Shown: in pieces, positions 1 through 12,283 of the stretch
Position numbering within the stretch: position 1 is the first letter of the stretch
Layout of the letters: each line of letters starts with the position of its first letter
Assembly: GCF_000143415.4 (NCBI RefSeq)
Contig: NW_003314263.1
Coordinates: forward strand, 3,947,018 to 4,011,017
Reading direction: 5' to 3'
DNA from: Selaginella moellendorffii
Lineage: Eukaryota; Plantae; Lycopodiophyta
DNA length: 64,000 nucleotides
The notes under the pieces: generated by a model
What the model was told of the DNA's origin: nothing
Database searches by the model: none
The model's input: the letters and a program-made list of their open reading frames with translations, nothing else
Made by a program: the position numbers and the translations under genes

Positions 1-570
1 GAGCAAAGATCTTCAGTCTGTGGGCGAGTGACACATGGTCACACACTTGGAAGGGAATTTGGGGGTTTTTGCAGAGCACCACCAAGGTTCTGGCGGGGGA
101 GTGTTGTGATTTGGAAGATTCTGGCTTTGATTCGCTTGGAGTGTTCTTGGCCGGTCGGTCAAATTGTGTGAGGGGTCACTGCATGTGATGCTCTCCATGG
201 CGAATGAGCAGCCGACTTATGTGCCAAGAATATTGAATATTTATATAGATCTATCACCTTTCTGTAACTCTTTGCTTTTCCTGATTGTGTTGCAGCTTTA
301 TAATAATGACGGTAATAATTAATAGTAATTATAGTAATGATATTGTCCCACTCACTCCAAAAAAACAAATTTTTGGGCTCTCATGGGATACAACTATCGT
401 GCCGTGGCGTGGATGGATTGCTTTCTGTCCGTGTGATATCAAACTCCTCCATGGAAATTTGCGGTAAACAGGCAAGGAAATCTGCGCTTTTTAGAGCAAT
501 GATTGGAATTCTTTGCATATCAATCTATCAGATATCTCGAACAATGTGGGGTCTCGAGTCACAACTTAGA

Positions 571-1597
571 CTACAATGATTTGAGATGGGCGAGTTTATC
601 GCACAGATTTTCAAAGCTTTCAAATATAATAGCGTTGATGCCCAATGACTTTGCAGCTTCAACGTTCCTCCTCCTGGAAAATAAATGTGGTTTCCACTTT
701 TGAGCTTAGAAATCTCTTACTGATCATCAACAAATGTGCAATCTGATGAATCCACTTGCAGTTGTTGCAAAACGTCCAAATAGGCATTAATTTCAGGCTT
801 TCGCTTGCCTGCATAAATTGCTACTTATTTGTTATTTGTTACAAAATTACTTGGAGAGAAAATCGAACCTGTGTGGCACGAGACAAACGTCCATTCCAGG
901 TAGCGAGAGAGCTGAAGCTTGTCTTCAATCAGCATATACCTGAAAAAAATCACATCAATTGATAACTCATACTTCATATATTTACCAGTCTGGATAGTTT
1001 GTGAAGGCATGCATTTCAAAGCCCGAGGATTTCAAGCTACAAAGAAGCTCTTCCATCCCTTCGATGAATTCATAGCCAGCCACCATGCAACTCTTGAGTC
1101 CTGACCAATCCCGCAAATTCGTGAGAGCTCTAGAGCAAAAAATGGAGAGACAAAACCTTGAAGATCAAAGTCCCTGCCATCGTTAAAAAATCGGTGCTTG
1201 AGCTGTTCCTGTGTAAAAGTGCTCAAGCAAGAAAAACGATAGAAAGCAAGCCACACCTCTGTGATCAATCCTTTCTCGAACTCAATCCACGCAGTTGGGT
1301 GTTTGATCTCCAGAAGCTCCTTCATAGAAAGCCTGGGGAATAGACACACAATTCAAGGAGGTGCTTCTTGTGGAAGAGATTTTACCCAAAGAATGCTGGA
1401 ACATCCTTGTAGAATGGATCGCGCACGATGGTGCCCATGACATCAAACAAAAGCACGGGCAACTTCCTTACAATGTTACTCCTGGCCAGATTTCCTCCCA
1501 TTGAGAGCGTGGAAGAAGAGCTCATGGGCCGTGTTCTTGCTACCGGGGCCAATCTCCCACCACAGCCTATGGCATCTAGAGCTGGACTTCTAAGCAT
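571..1597 (-). CDS. FHY1: HAD-superfamily flavin mononucleotide hydrolase (chloroplast FHY1-like), multi-exon
   Basis: Exon peptides LLFDVMGTIVRDPFYKDVPAFFG, KHPTAWIEFEKGLI, FFNDGRDFDLQG, IEDKLQLSRYLEWTFVSCHTG, KRKPE, CTFVDD and NVEAAKSLGINAIIF, joined by short GT-AG introns, resemble Arabidopsis At1g79790 from memory. Stop TAG at 571-573; start ATG uncertain (1597 or 1525). Confidence 0.85.
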
Positions 1598-2672
1598 AGC
1601 TCTAGCCCTACCAATCAAGATCCTTATTATTTTTGTCGCAGATGATAGAATTTTCTTTCCTTTAGCAATTATATTGGGGTAAAATAAATTTGAATAGTAT
1701 TTGATTTAATTAGTTAGATATTGGTTAGCTTGAGAAACCTGTTGATCTGTCAGTTTGATCTAGCCTACCTTGACTAAGCAATCCTTATCCAATAGAAGGG
1801 CAGGATGTAAACAAATAAGACACCCTTCTTGTCTCCCATGCATATTCCTTGCAAGGAAATTAGATAATTTCTTCCTGCCTTCAACACACCCTTATATGGA
1901 AGAGAGATGAACAGAACGTCTACTTTCCCATGCTTCCTTTGAAAATGCCGCTACAGAAGGCAATGTGAATTAAAAAACTGGCCAACAATAAGTCAACACA
2001 TAGGCTTTAGCTTGTTTGCAGTCCCTGAGATCTCACAGGGCAAAACAATTACCACAGTGGGTGTCTATTTCAGAATATAATACATAAGTACACATTATAT
2101 TATAGTAAATAGCATTTCAAATTGCAAAATAAATTTACTATTGTAAGTCTAGTGGACCTCTGAAGTTTAAATCTTTATCATTTAAATTTTAAATCAAAAA
2201 ATATAAAAGAGATGTAACGCTTTTAGTTTATCCAAAGCATTTCAACTTTAACAATATAAGAACCCAATGAATTTTTGGTCTAAGTAGCGTGAAAAGTAGA
2301 GCCTGTATAAAATTAATATATTTTTGAGTAAGATTTATTCTCATAATTATAAGATAAAAAAATAAAAATAACTTTACCAATATTCTGCCAGATTTGCAAC
2401 TTGGAAAACAAACTAAAATTTTGTTCTTTTGAGTTAAATAAAATATGTTTCAGCATAATTTCTCTTGTGTGTAGCCTATTTCATGAGACTGCTTTCAAGG
2501 TTTTTTTCAATTGTTTCAAGTTCCTATCTATGACTTTTAACTTTCATGAGAAAATAATACTACCACCTTGTCATGGCTTTAAATTTAACTAGAAACATGC
2601 TTTTTATTTCCCCAAAGCTTTAGAATGGAGGTAAATTAATAAAATTTTAATCCAGATCTTTGTATTAAGCTA

Positions 2673-3530
2673 TTATGTTGATCTCCATATACAAGTTTGA
2701 GAGATAGTATTATATACAACTGCATAGCCAGTATTCTCAACACAAAGTGCATAAGAAACCCAAACATTCTTGTGATATATATTATAGGACCAAATAATAC
2801 TATTATTCATGTCATATATCACAAGATTTCCATCTTTTTGTAATCTAAGGAAACATCGCTCACCTTTATTATTAGTTTTAGTGTCCCAAATTACAATTTT
2901 TTTATAATAAAGTACTAAATTACAATCAAGTTGCATATACAAATTATATAACTGATTTGGAGATTGAAGAAAAGCCCCATTTTTTAATTTTGAAAAGCTG
3001 GAATACTGTGGTCCACTTTTTATACAAGTATTATAAAAATTACAGTCTTGCTCATGTTTATTGTTTACTGACATAAAATAGTTTTGCTGCAAAGGAAATG
3101 TGTAATCTTCATCTATGACATAAGATATAGAAAATCTATAATATATGTATTCTGCAAAGCCATAAGTTACTAGATCATTTAAAACATAATTTTTCAAGAG
3201 AAACATAAATTCAGATTCTAAATATGATCCTGTATTATACAAACGCAGATTCGGAATTATAGTACAAGTTATGACATATGTCTTAAAAGTATGATATACA
3301 TCAAGAGCTGCTATTGTTATTAATAAGGAGCTATAATCTTCATATATTACTTTAGAGTAAGAAAATCCTATGAACGATTCATCCCGTTTTCCAACTTCCT
3401 TTATAAGTTCTAGAATAATTGGTATAATGATTTTTTGTCTATAACTAATTGTAATAGCATTTGGGTATTCATAGTTTTTAATTAAGCAGTAACACTGTAA
3501 GCATAAAGATAAAAACAAAACAAATATCAT
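2673..3530 (-). CDS. Secreted protein with a C-terminal bulb-type (GNA) mannose-binding lectin domain
   Basis: Intronless 285-aa ORF with a hydrophobic N-terminal signal; QxDxNxVxY motifs QLDCNLVLY and QKDGNLVIY. Confidence 0.8.
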   Translation of the reverse strand: MIFVLFLSLCLQCYCLIKNYEYPNAITISYRQKIIIPIILELIKEVGKRDESFIGFSYSKVIYEDYSSLLITIAALDVYHTFKTYVITCTIIPNLRLYNTGSYLESEFMFLLKNYVLNDLVTYGFAEYIYYRFSISYVIDEDYTFPLQQNYFMSVNNKHEQDCNFYNTCIKSGPQYSSFSKLKNGAFLQSPNQLYNLYMQLDCNLVLYYKKIVIWDTKTNNKGERCFLRLQKDGNLVIYDMNNSIIWSYNIYHKNVWVSYALCVENTGYAVVYNTISQTCIWRST

Positions 3531-4484
3531 GAAGTACTAAATTAACATCATCTTGTTCTATCATCTATTTAATAAGAATTACTCTCTTTTATTAATGCTG
3601 TTACAAATTTAAGACCTAACTTTAACTATAATTTAAAAATAGCTAGTTTCAAACTTTATCTAATAATTTTATACTTTTCCAAGTATATTTTGTGTATATT
3701 ATTACTTTTCACCAAAAAAAATTTCTACTAATAGATAACGTAGCTTTTTCTTTATTTAAAAAGTAATACTCTCTCATCAGTATTGTCAGTTTTTATATTT
3801 TACTCTATATTTTATATTTTATATTCTAAATAAATAACTGTATTCTTTATTCATTTTACATGGCCCATCCTAAAAGTTGAAAATTAGAACTTTATATTTT
3901 ATAAAATTTTCAAGAGTTGTTAAGAACTCAAACTTTGATTATAGTGGAATTAACTGAGAACTTAGTATACTTCAAGTATTATCAAATAGATGAGTATAGT
4001 TAGACTTTCTTTAATTTGTAAGTCTTTTTTACACTAGATACTTTCTAATTATAGACATAAAGTTAAGTTTATGTTGTTATGGTATGTATGTATGACCTGT
4101 TTTAGATCTTATAGTGCCCATCTGAGATAAGCCACTTTTTTAAAGAGTTTTTATGCTAGAAATATTTTCTTATTTATATTTTTTTTAAATGTAATTTTTA
4201 AATTATTAATTATAAATAAATGCTATTAAAATGAAGATAACTGTTTATAAGATTTTAATTCTAAAGTGATACATATATACTACTACTAATAATAATAAAA
4301 AAACTTTTAATGTTTTGATTTGTATCATTTGTATAATACAGGGATATATTAATCTGAATTCACAATTCTTTTAACAATTATATTATTTGGTAGCTTATGC
4401 GTTTCAAAATAAACATACTATATATATCTTATACCATAGATATATGTGATAGAAATAAAGTGCAAATTATATATTTATTATAAT

Positions 4485-6083
4485 TTATTTAAAGCTCTCT
4501 CTAAAACAAGATGCTCCAAGGAAACACCTCCATTCTAAAGCCTGGGGAATAAAAGGCATGTTGGTAATTAAATCTTTAGCCATGACAAGATGGCTAGATC
4601 GACCCAGCAAATCAATTGCACAACAGTAATGTTGGCTTGTGGGTTGAATGCCGAAGTCAAAACTCATAGACAGAAATCTAGCTCTCCCTTGAAACAATTT
4701 TCCAGCATGGCTAGAGGCAAGAAAAATTATGCTGAAGCATATTTCATCTGGCTCCTCAGTCAGGCATAAAGAACCAAAACTATACAAAACATTATCAAAC
4801 TGTCCGGCTTGGGCATATGTTGCAAGAAGCGTGTTCCAAGAAACTACATCTTTATCTAGCATTTGATTAAAATAATTCTTACAGTGCTCAACTTGAAATA
4901 TTCTGGAATAAACAAAAAGCATTACATTACAAGTGACAAGATCTCTTTCGGGACTTCCGTTGAACAAATGAAAGGCCTCCTCCCAGTAGCCATTCTGGGC
5001 ATATCCAGAGAGCATACAATTAAAAGAAGAAATGTTCCACTCTGGCATTGTGTCAAAAGTTTTTCTTGCTTGATCAATGTAGCCATTATGTGAGTAAGTG
5101 GAAAGCAATGTATTGAAGAGCAAAAGGCTCTTGTGTGGAGTTTGATCAAACACGAGCTTTGCCAGCTCCAGGTTTTGATGGATCGAGCACGCACTGATCA
5201 TTGCAGCAGCGGAGGCTAAGTCATGCTGAGGTGACGAATCAAACAACCGCTTCGATCGCCCAAGATCCTTCTCATGGCTGAGCATCATAGTGATCGAAAC
5301 TAAGCTCTTTCCTGGCATTGACTCAAAAAATTCTCTAGTCCCCTCAGATCTCTCTCCCTGGACAAGAGCGGCCAGCATTGTATTGAGAGAAACAAGGCTA
5401 TGGAACGGCATCTCACGGAAAATCTTGCAAACAAATTCTAGATATCCCTTTTGGGCATATGCAGTAAGAAGCGTGTTCCATGACACGACATCAACCTCAG
5501 GCATTGATTCGAACAATTCTTTTGCTTCTTCAATGCGGCCGTAAGCGGCATGGGCGTTTAGGATTACATTCCACGTAACGAGCGTCCACTCTGGCATTGC
5601 AAAGAACATGTCCCTAGATAAGAACAAATGCCCCTTTTCGGCAAGTGCCTTTAGAACAGTTGTCATTGACACAAGATCTCTTTCTGGCATGTTTTGGAAG
5701 AAATCTCTAACTTGGCTCAAGCTACTGTTCTTGCAAAATGCAGCCAGAAGCGAGTTCCAAGATACCAGATCCCACTCGGGCATCTGGCGGAAGAAATCAA
5801 AGGCCTGATGGAACTCCCCGGCCTGGACATGGGCCGCTAGCATAGCGTTCCACGACACAATACTGCGCTGCGGCATCCTGAGAAATATGACCTTGGCGCT
5901 GCTGGAATTCCTGCTAGAGGCCATGGCGGAAAGAATGGTGTTCCAGGCAAGAAGATTGGGAGCGGGCATTTGCTCAAAGAGGAGCTGAGCGTCGCGAACT
6001 CGCCCATCGCGAGCGCGTGAGGAGATTTTTCGCACCCAAGCAGAAGAATCGTCAATTGTCCCGGTCGAGCAAAAGCCTTCCAT
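4485..6083 (-). CDS. Pentatricopeptide repeat protein (short-repeat PLS-like, E domain)
   Basis: Repeated FxxMPxxDxVSWNxxL motifs; C-terminal HYCCAIDLLGRS...MPFIP E-domain signature. Confidence 0.9.
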   Translation of the reverse strand: MEGFCSTGTIDDSSAWVRKISSRARDGRVRDAQLLFEQMPAPNLLAWNTILSAMASSRNSSSAKVIFLRMPQRSIVSWNAMLAAHVQAGEFHQAFDFFRQMPEWDLVSWNSLLAAFCKNSSLSQVRDFFQNMPERDLVSMTTVLKALAEKGHLFLSRDMFFAMPEWTLVTWNVILNAHAAYGRIEEAKELFESMPEVDVVSWNTLLTAYAQKGYLEFVCKIFREMPFHSLVSLNTMLAALVQGERSEGTREFFESMPGKSLVSITMMLSHEKDLGRSKRLFDSSPQHDLASAAAMISACSIHQNLELAKLVFDQTPHKSLLLFNTLLSTYSHNGYIDQARKTFDTMPEWNISSFNCMLSGYAQNGYWEEAFHLFNGSPERDLVTCNVMLFVYSRIFQVEHCKNYFNQMLDKDVVSWNTLLATYAQAGQFDNVLYSFGSLCLTEEPDEICFSIIFLASSHAGKLFQGRARFLSMSFDFGIQPTSQHYCCAIDLLGRSSHLVMAKDLITNMPFIPQALEWRCFLGASCFRESFK

Positions 6084-6529
6084 GAAAGCTTACGGTCTCT
6101 TTAGTAAAGGGATAGAATGTGGACAACAATGGCGCCGCAAGCAAAACTCTTGGCTTCTTTCCTATCTGTTCTCACAGAGATTAAGATGCTTACATCAAAA
6201 CGGTGCTCGGATCCACTGTGCGCGAACATCTCGAGAGTGGTCGCAAGCCGGACAGTGGTCTGAACAGCGATGCGATGTTTTTCGTCCATTTGCTAGAATA
6301 GAGCACGGAACCCTAAAATTCAAATGGGCATATCCGAGGACCTTGGATCTAATGCCTTTGATCTCATGAACATGCAGTGGTAAGATGCGAGAGATTTCAT
6401 GAAAGATTTGGTGTGTCGAATCTATGTGACCTTTTGTAACCAAGCATCTTTTTAATGAAGTTATTTCTACTGTTGCTAAACTTAAATCCTATTTAAAGAT
6501 TAAATATAAAACTTTAGTTATAATTTATT

Positions 6530-8461
6530 TGGTGATTAAATCTTGACCTTGATAGTGCTTATCCATTCCATCTGGCTAAAACCAAATATGTCCAACTTGA
6601 AATATTCTTGGACAACCAGCATGTAATGTCATCAATAGCTTCCTACAATTAAACTCTTGACAATGTTATCCTTGAATAAGTAGAAAGCAGGGCATTGAAG
6701 AGCAAAGGCCCTTGTGTGTCAAACACGCAGCTTCAAGTGGATAGAGCACTCACTGAACATTGCATGCTGAGGAGACTAATCAAACAACAAGCTTTGATTG
6801 CCCAAGATCATTTTCATGAGCGGGCATTACGAAACATGCAGATATCCCTTTTTCTTATGCAGCGAGTTGCGTGTTCCATGACCTCTAGCATCAAAGTCAA
6901 ACACTTGCTTTGCTTCTTCTACGGGACAGTAAGCCGTGCATTTAAGATTATGTTCCACGTAGTGAGCGTTCACTCTTCTCTGGCATTGTAAAGAACATCT
7001 CCCGAGATAAACCAAATGCCCTCTTTCGGCAAGTGCCTAAGAACAGTTACAAGATCCCTCTCTCGCATGTTTTGGAAGAACATTATAGGGTTCCACGATA
7101 CCACATCCCACTGGTGGAAGAAATCATAGGCTTGATGGAATCCCCTGGCCTGAAAGACACAATACTGCACTGCGCCATCCTGAGAAATATGGCATTGCTG
7201 AAATTCCCGAGCAGGTGAACATGGTTTTTTTTGCAGAAAACCATAGTGTGGGTCATTTGGTCTCAATTTTACACTAGGTTAACAGTAGGTTGGTAAGGTA
7301 TATTTTTCAACTAAAAAATATATCAATAAAGAATAATTTACCTTCTATATAAAGTTATATAGAGAAAATATGTGAAAAAGGAAACACCAGATGAAAATCT
7401 TGTAGATCTCTGTTAGCTATACCAAATTATTGTTGAAGTTGTGATGAGGGTGGTGGAGTTAGCACTTAGCTATGGTATATTATAATCATGTAGTGCTCAT
7501 TTTTTAACTCAATTAGAAAAATATTTGATGTTAAAATTCATAATATAAAACCACTTCCAGTCCATTTAGATTCATAATTTAAAACCACTTTGTAAGTACA
7601 GAAAACTATTCTAAACCATAAACACGAAACTCTATCAAAATCATAAACATAATTTATTGTGTAGGTTTACTTGTATTTTAAACATTTTATATTATTATAA
7701 TATATAATTTTAATAGAGATATTAATAGAATTTTTTTTTTGACATAGAGAATGTTTAATTTCTATTTCACACATTGCACACTTCTAGTTTATCAAATTCA
7801 AGCTTTTAATAGGGACTTGCTGTTATGATGAAGTTATTAACACCTCTCTTTCTATGAAAGATAATAGAATGTCTAATAAAATTCTTGATTACTTTTTATA
7901 TTACTCTTTGAACTCTAATCATCACCAGCAATGACCTATATTGGAGAATCTATAACTAAAGAAAAGAAAAAAGAATAAAGAGTTCTACACTCAACAGAAT
8001 AATGTCCTCACTAAGAAATTAAGGGTATTTGACTGGAAGATATTAAATGTCAATGCCCTCCAAAAAGAAAAAGAATTCTACTTTAGATAAACAATGATTG
8101 GCAATCTTTATCCGATGAAGAGAAGCTAATGACAACATTCTATTGCTCAAACATAATCAACCATTGTTGTTTAAATTTTTTTTATAAATTATAAATATGC
8201 TTTTAATTTATAAATGCAAAATTATGAATGTGATATTATAATCCATATTATTTACAATGGAAATTTTCATATAAACACCATCCAAAGTCCAACATTTAAT
8301 CATGTGAACGATTATGAAAAACCATGTTTATTAGGCAAACAATGGTCACCGGCTCCCTGTGCTAGTGGCCATGGCGGAAAGAATAAGAAGCAGGCATTTG
8401 CTCAAAGAGGAGCTGAGCGTCTCGATATTGCGAGCGCGTAAGTCAATCAAAAGCCTTCCAT
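6530..8461 (-). pseudogene. Degenerate tandem copy of the adjacent PPR gene, split by an insertion
   Basis: 8356-8461 matches the PPR 5' end (about 5912-6083, including the ATG); about 6530-7208 matches roughly 4800-5910 with many deletions and frameshifts. Confidence 0.75.
7209..8355. mobile_element. AT-rich non-autonomous DNA transposon (MITE-like) with imperfect 19-bp TIRs
   Basis: Left end GAGCAGGTGAACATGGTTT; right end reverse complement GAGCCGGTGACCATTGTTT. It interrupts the PPR pseudogene at the homologous AATTCC|TGCTAG position. TSD unclear. Confidence 0.6.
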
Positions 8462-8487
8462 GGGCATGCCACCTTTTCTTTGAAAGT

Positions 8488-9500
8488 TTATTGTTGCGAG
8501 AGGGAAGTAAAAAGAGTTCTAACCTCTTGAGTGAAAAAAATGTTATGAACGATGCTTGCCAGCATGATATTTCTCATTGCTCGCACAATGCTAGCCCGTT
8601 TCTTATAACAGGTATGTGAGTCTCTCCCCAGCAAGTTTAGCAGGGCTCCCGCGGCGCAAACCTGTGGAAAGATCTTTCTAGCAATTCTAGTTCGTGTTTC
8701 TCGCAAGTTACCTGTGTTTGAAGCTCGGAGCTGCCAAGCAAATGGACCAAGGAAAACATCGCGTCGCTGTTCCGGATCATCGTCCTGCTCGCAATCTCTC
8801 TCGAGATGTTTTGGAGAGCGCCGGCAGCTGACCCGCAAATGCCGAGTTGCCGGCTCTGGAGCAGCCGTATGAGTGATTTGATTCCACCCTTCTTGCGAAT
8901 CTCGCGAATGGCTTCGCCGTCGGAGCTTATGTTGTGCAAAGCGCCAGTTGCTCGAGCTCTCACCTGAAAAGAAACTTTTGCTAGATAGAGATGTGAAGGA
9001 AGAACGTTGGAGAGTTTACTCACGCTCTGGGATTTGGACGAGAGCAATTGGACAAGTATCGCGATTGCTCCCAGCGTTCGCACGATCTGGCGGCCTTTTG
9101 GGTGGAAGCAAATGCTCTGTAGCGCTCCAGCGGCGTTGGCCTGGAGCTCTTCTTCCGTGGATATGAGCAGCTCAATCTAATGTCACAACTGTGAGAAAGG
9201 ACAAACAAAAAAGAAGAAAAGAGATTTTCTCACCAGAATCGCGGCGCCATTGTTGTTTAGAACGAGCTCCACATTCTGCCTCTCATAGCACAGATTGAGT
9301 ATAACATTCGCCCCCTCTGCTGCGATCGCCGCTGGCAAAGATCTGTCCCCCAAGCAATCGAGCAATTCGCCCATGTACTGCTGGCCCAGCACTACCCTCT
9401 GCCCCTTCTTTCTCGTCAGGACCTTCAACTGCATCATAAAAGGGAGCAACTCTTGCGGCTCCACTGCCCCAAGATCGCCCAACGCCATGGCCCCAGCCAT
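8488..9500 (-). CDS. Armadillo-repeat protein, multi-exon
   Basis: ARM-like peptides ATGALHNISSD, AAGALQNISRE, CAAGALLNLL and GANVILNLC separated by GT-AG introns; 3' end approximate. Confidence 0.7.
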
Positions 9501-9565
9501 GGCCCTGCCCAAGAACCCTAAATTCAAATCAAAAACCACGCGCGAAAAGCAGCCACGTGGACGGC

Positions 9566-10885
9566 TCAGATCAGCCTCTCATGGCTCTTGTATGCTCCCA
9601 CCAAGCCCAGCCAGTCCATCGTCTCTGGCACAAAGGGCATCGTCTGGAGAAGCTCTTCCGCCTCGATCAATCGCCCAGATCGCGCAAGAAGATCGGCCAT
9701 GGAGGAGTAGTGTCGCTTGGCTGGAGCTAGATCGTAGTCCAGGATCAAGGATCTAAAGCACCCAATTCCAGAGGAGAGATCGCCGGAATGGTTGGAGCCC
9801 AGAAGAACGCAGCAAGAAGAGGAGTTCCGGGGCAAGAATCCCTCCATCGCCATTTGATAGAGGAGCTGCAATGCCGAGAAAGAATCCCCACTCTGGGCAA
9901 TTGTGAGAGCCATGGCATTCCACGAGACCGTGTCTCGCTCGGGCAAGCGATCAAACCACGAATTCGCTCTAGCTTCGTCACCACTCTGGGATATTGCCGT
10001 GAGAATCGCGGTGGAGGCCGCGAGATCTCTTTCCGGCATTGCCCAAAAGAGATTGATCGCGTGATCTAGATGCCAAAACCGGGCATTTGCTATGATGATC
10101 GCAGTCCAAGAGATGGCGTCCCACACCGGCATCGCTGCTAGGAATTCTCTACAGATTTCTAAATATCCTGATCGTGAACACTCTTGGAGGAGCTCGTTGC
10201 TCAAGACGAGGTCGTGCTCCGGCATCGAGAAGAAGAGATGTTTTGCCCAATCCAGATGGCCGCTCTGGGCAGCCGTGCCAAGAAGCGCTGTGTAGGACAC
10301 GATGTCGCGTTCTTCCATGAGATCGAAGATGTTCTTCGCGAATTCCAGATCCAGGGCCCTGGATGCCGCCGCCAGCACCGAATTCCACGCGATCAAATCG
10401 CCCTCCGGGAGTGATTCCAGCAGCAACACCACAATCTCCCGCCGCTGTGCCACCGCGAGGATCGTCGTGAAGGAGATCACGTCCCATGCCGGCATTGCGT
10501 GGAAGAACGACCACGATCCCACGAAATCCCCTGCCCTGGAGTAGGCATCTAGCATCGCGTTCCAAGATCGTAAGCTCTTGTCCGGCGATTCATCGAAAAC
10601 GGCCCTGGCGCTGGCCAGATCCCCGGCGCGAGAGAAGGCGCACAGCATCAAGAACCACGAGAAGGAGTTCTTGGCAGAGATTTCGCGAAAGATCTGGTGC
10701 GCGAGATCGACGCGGCCGCAGCGCGCGTGGAGCTGGATCAAGAGATTCTCGAGGAAGACGATCGAGCCCTTGGCATTGCCCTGGTGGAGGAGGAGAATCC
10801 TCGCGTGCGCCGCCCTAGCCTGTGACTCTGTCCGGGAAGATCGAATGAGATCCACGCATTCCTTTAAGCCTCCCACCATTACCAT
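9566..10885 (-). CDS. Pentatricopeptide repeat protein (PLS-like, E domain)
   Basis: 439-aa intronless ORF with MPxxDxxSW repeats and HYSSMADLLARSGRL...MPFVP. Confidence 0.9.
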   Translation of the reverse strand: MVMVGGLKECVDLIRSSRTESQARAAHARILLLHQGNAKGSIVFLENLLIQLHARCGRVDLAHQIFREISAKNSFSWFLMLCAFSRAGDLASARAVFDESPDKSLRSWNAMLDAYSRAGDFVGSWSFFHAMPAWDVISFTTILAVAQRREIVVLLLESLPEGDLIAWNSVLAAASRALDLEFAKNIFDLMEERDIVSYTALLGTAAQSGHLDWAKHLFFSMPEHDLVLSNELLQECSRSGYLEICREFLAAMPVWDAISWTAIIIANARFWHLDHAINLFWAMPERDLAASTAILTAISQSGDEARANSWFDRLPERDTVSWNAMALTIAQSGDSFSALQLLYQMAMEGFLPRNSSSCCVLLGSNHSGDLSSGIGCFRSLILDYDLAPAKRHYSSMADLLARSGRLIEAEELLQTMPFVPETMDWLGLVGAYKSHERLI

Positions 10886-10929
10886 TTGGGGCTTCTTTCA
10901 TATTTTAGGGTTCTTCGAGATCTTTCTGG

Positions 10930-12280
10930 ATGGCGCTCAGTGCTGCGGCTTGGCGGTGCTGTCGATCGCAATTCCAGGTAACATTTTCGAGGAATTTCTC
11001 TTGTCCAGATCGAAATTCTCTCTTTTCTCGCAGTAGTTCCTCAAGCATTACCGATCGAGCGCTTCTTTTCGGCCTTTGCTCGCCCAGGTTCTCTTCCTCG
11101 CTCGAAAATTTCCAGTCCACATTGTGTGATTCCTTTGCAGCCGCGATCCAAGACGCAGCACGCAAATCTTCCTCACTACTTGCGGCGATTCTTGCACCGG
11201 TCGAGTGATTCTTCCATGGCTTCTTCTCATGCAGCTGGTCAAAACGGGCGCAAGGTGGAGGAGGAGGAGACGCATGGGAGCACTACCAAGGATTTGATCA
11301 CAGTCCCGACGATGCTCACTGGCGCAAGAGTGGTGGCAGTACCAGCCTTAATCTTTGGTAAGATTTTTCCTCACTGTTCACACTAAAAGTTGTTCTTTCT
11401 TTTTCTCTTTGCTAGTGTTCTTTAGCAACCAGGAGTGGGCATCTGTAGCGAGTACTGGGATCTTCGTGGGAGCTGCTCTGACGGATTGGCTGGATGGGTA
11501 CCTGGCACGAAAGGTGGGACGATGATTTTTTTCATTAGCCGCAAACTATGTTGATCGTTCTCAGTGCCTGCTTGCAGACGAATGCTGCAATCAGTGGTAC
11601 AAGAATTTGACACTCTTTTTGAATGGCAGATGAAACTCGACTCGGCATTTGGCGCATTCTTGGATCCTGTCGCGGACAAGGTGAGTTGTATAGTCTTTAC
11701 ATTGCTTTGGAGTTATCCTTCTCTCTTTTTTTCCAGCTTATGGTTGCTACAGCCTTGATTCTACTGTGCACAAGGCCTCTCGCGGCTGCCTGGTTTGTAG
11801 ACATCCCGTGGCTGATTCCATTGCCGGCAGCACTTATGATCAGCAGAGAGGTTTTTTCTCCTCTCCTCTTCTCATCTCTTTAAAGTTTAAGCTTTTGTTT
11901 GCAGATTATTATTTCGGCTGTAAGGGAATGGGCAGCTCTCCAAGGACTCAACAAGGTGGAAAACTTCAAATATTTCGTCCTTCATTGTCGCTAAAATCTT
12001 TTGTTTGTAGGTGGTTGCTGTGGACAAGCTTGGCAAGCTCAAGACCGCGACGCAAATGGTGTCACTGACTTTCCTTTTGGCATTTGGAGACGCAAGGTAT
12101 TCAAAAACAACACCGATGAAACCGTTAGTAACTCTACTTCACAGGACTGGAATGGAAGCTTATCTCAGCGGTTTTGGAGTGGGGCTTCTCTACCTATCTA
12201 CAGGCCTGTCGTTGGTATCTCTCTCTGGTTACATGAGGAAACTATGGCGTAGCATGAAGTTGAGGCAAAAGACTGGATAA
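10930..12280 (+). CDS. PGPS: CDP-diacylglycerol--glycerol-3-phosphate 3-phosphatidyltransferase (PGP synthase), multi-exon, probable organellar targeting peptide
   Basis: TVPTMLTGARV, TDWLDGYLARK, SAFGAFLDPVADK (CDP-alcohol phosphatidyltransferase motif), VREWAA and GKLKTATQM; stop at 12278-12280; first exon boundary inferred. Confidence 0.85.
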
Positions 12281-12283
12281 ATT

